A DNA stretch of 63,985 bases, the filler included, from Octopus bimaculoides (Eukaryota), in NCBI RefSeq assembly GCF_001194135.2. It is 7 parts of 7 records of this genome, joined end to end, with 100 filler letters (N's around TTAATTAATTAA, not from the genome) between each part and the next. Parts side by side here need not be neighbours in the genome. Positions count along the whole stretch, not along the records: positions 59,953 to 63,985 come from NC_068992.1; 6 more parts are not named here. One strand, given 5' to 3'. The notes under the pieces are model-generated. The model saw only the letters and a program-made list of their open reading frames with translations. It searched no databases and was not told the DNA's origin. This document shows, one piece after another, positions 61,426 through 63,985 of this stretch. Made by a program: the position numbers and the translations under genes. Position 1 is the first letter of the stretch, and each line of letters starts with the position of its first letter.

Positions 61426-62369
61426 ATTTATATATGTGTGGGGGAGGGGGGAGATAAGTATACACATATATGCATATACATATTGATATAAATATACATA
61501 CATGTATATGCTAATACATATATGATATATATCGATATATCAACATGTATATACGCGTACATTTGTATATTCTTTTCAATTTATACATACACACATGCAT
61601 ATTTACTCATACACACACACATAAACATATATACTTACACATATATAAGCACATATATGTGTGTTTAAATATGTTCATTTACTCACATATGTATACATAA
61701 ATTTGTACAAGTTTTCATAGTTATGTATATATACACATATCGACACATGTTTATACATACATAGTACAACATAAGTATATATTTGTGTGTATATATATAT
61801 GTGTGTGTGTGTGTAGTGTATATATGTATGTGCTTGAGAGAGAAAGAGAGTGTGTGAGTGAGTAAGTGAGTGAGTGAGTGAGTGAGTGAGTGAGTGAGTG
61901 AGTGGTTGTTACTGGTTGCATGTGACCCATACAATCTGTTATATGTTGTAGTCGTCGACAACAAAACCTCTGAAAGACCGGATTAACTCATGAGTGTCAT
62001 AAAACTATCCAACAGCGCGTATATATGCATGTGTATATATGCATGTGTATATACACATATGCGCATATGTATCAAATAATCGAATATATATATATTTACT
62101 TATGTATGTAAACGCATATAGAACAAAGAGACTCTTATTTCAATACCATAGTATTTCAAGACTGGCCATCTTGCTTTTTGTTGTTTGTTTTTGTTCTTTT
62201 GAACTGATTCAGACATTTTCAAAGTGATGCTTGTCTAACAGAAGCATTTATTGCTATATTTTTTGTTTGCTCAGTTTATGTGCTCCGATTTTTTTTATTC
62301 CGCATATCAATAATAGATTTTTTCGAACTACAAAATGATAGTGGACATTTCGGGGTGTCACGTTCATCT

Positions 62370-62450
62370 TTGGCGATAAAATGCGCCATGCTCGTCGTTT
62401 CCACACTCGTGAGAACACACGGAAGTTGTAGTACAAGCGGAAACAGTCAC
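62370..62450. promoter_or_regulatory. CpG-rich island with ETS-like, YY1-like and ACTACA motifs
   Basis: cggaagt, gcggaa and gcgccat on the plus strand; the minus strand reads ACTACAACTTCCG. Confidence 0.25.
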
Positions 62451-63026
62451 TATTCTCTGATTGCTTCTGTGGTTGCCGTTCATTATTTCTCTTTGATTTT
62501 TATCTCGTTAAAAACGAGAAAACCTTCCTTGGGCACAGCATGACAAAGCTGGATTATGGTGGGTGAATAATATTTAGACCAATACAGAATATTTTACTCC
62601 AGTCTCCACTTCAATGATCAGATTAAAACCTACGAAACAGAAGTGCTCTTTGTCGGAATAAAAACAATGAAGAAAATACTTCTTAAGCTATTCCTACTAA
62701 CTGTATTATCGTTATTGCTTTGTGAAAGCCGTTTAAGTTTAAAATTTAATAAAATATTCAAGTATTTGCTTTCTTACATAAGATTTTCTTTATCAGTAAG
62801 CCACAAAAACTTGTGTCCGCAATTTAACTGAAGATGATTAATATTCATTTAAAACAAAGCTATAATATAAACTTATCACAATGTTTCATTGTCATACCAA
62901 CATCGTATCTACATTAGTATTTATATTTTAAGTCATTAGCAAGGATGGCTTTATTGATTGGAAACGCGTTATCATTCATTCTAAATGATAACTAAGAAAA
63001 CTGAGAAATAGTGTCATTTGCTTATG

Positions 63027-63227
63027 AAGTAATCTCTCAGCTATCACGGGTGTTACGTTCCAAAAAACCCCGCTATAGGTGAAAATTCGCGAAGTAGAAA
63101 CAGTACTGTGCTGTATATCTTTTTACACCACGGAGGAATCGACGTAAGCTCAAATAATAAACCGCGATAAGTGAACCGCGATAGGTGAACCGCGATAGGT
63201 GAACCGCGATATGGTGAAGGATTACTA
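63027..63227. mobile_element. Tigger/pogo-like MITE with an internal 14-bp tandem repeat
   Basis: Degenerate TIRs agtaatctctc and gaaggattact, a TA flank on the right, and about four copies of aaccgcgataggtg. Confidence 0.7.
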
Positions 63228-63744
63228 TATAAAAATATAAATATTTTTATATTTATATTGTGCCACTTATTAATGTTATGAGGAGACCCGTGACCAGATT
63301 TTGTTTCTTTCTGGTTTAGTTCTCTAATTCACAATATTGTGGGATTTCGATATAGGCACACTAACATTTTTTCGGTTTAAAACAAATATTTGATAATATT
63401 TTTGAATAATTTATAATTAGCAAACCTTATAAAGAGAACACCTAAAAAAATATACGAAAAATATTTTAATTTGAATTAAACAGAATAAATTTTTAGCTTA
63501 AACAGAATAAAATGAAAATTGTTTAAAGAAAAACGAAGAATTGAGAATTAATATTCATTTTGAAAAATAAACATAAAGGAAACCACAACCATGCAGTGAA
63601 AGAGTTCTCTGATCGTTGTTGCAAGATTTTGCTTGATCAAGTGATTTCATAATTTATATTGTAAAAACCAAAATAGTAATTATTGGACAATAGGAAGAAA
63701 TTGTTGTGGATGATGAGATAAGTTCTGGAATGACAATATGCATT

Positions 63745-63985
63745 TCTATCTATCAATCTATCTATTTATTTATCTATCTATTTATCTATCTATTTATTTA
63801 TCTATTTATCTATCTATTTATCTATCTATTTATCTATCAATCTATCTATCTATTTATTTATCTATCTATTTATCTATCTATTTATCTATCAATCTATCTA
63901 TCTATTTATCTATCTATCAATCTATTTATCTATCTATTTATTTATCTATCTATTTATCTATCTATTTATCTATTTATCTATCTAA
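63745..63985. repeat. (TATC)n/(TATT)n compound microsatellite
   Basis: Direct. Confidence 0.95.

Overview
This is AT-rich, repeat-dense animal genomic DNA from a gappy draft assembly (about 7.5 kb, roughly 12%, is N; six gaps carry a TTAATTAATTAA placeholder). The SINE families and a retinal-binding-protein exon point to a coleoid cephalopod, most likely Octopus (inference). No complete multi-exon gene is visible. The best-supported coding piece is one intact plus-strand exon (43081-43229) encoding part of a SEC14-like GOLD domain, closely resembling squid retinal-binding protein as I recall it. Two weaker gene candidates are on the minus strand: a 52-aa ORF (4071-3913) with a complete-looking CRE/TATA/Inr promoter, Kozak start and poly(A) signal, and a terminal exon (23727-23651) resembling the last exon of Pax2/5/8. 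The rest is mostly mobile DNA: four or more tRNA-SINE or SINE-like families, R4/Dong, CR1, RTE and CRE-like LINE fragments, mariner and maT transposase remnants, hAT and Tigger MITEs, a Helitron-like end, two foldback structures, tandem repeats and microsatellites. Almost all ORFs in the supplied track are artefacts of microsatellites or N gaps. All family and protein names come from motif recall, not from database searches.
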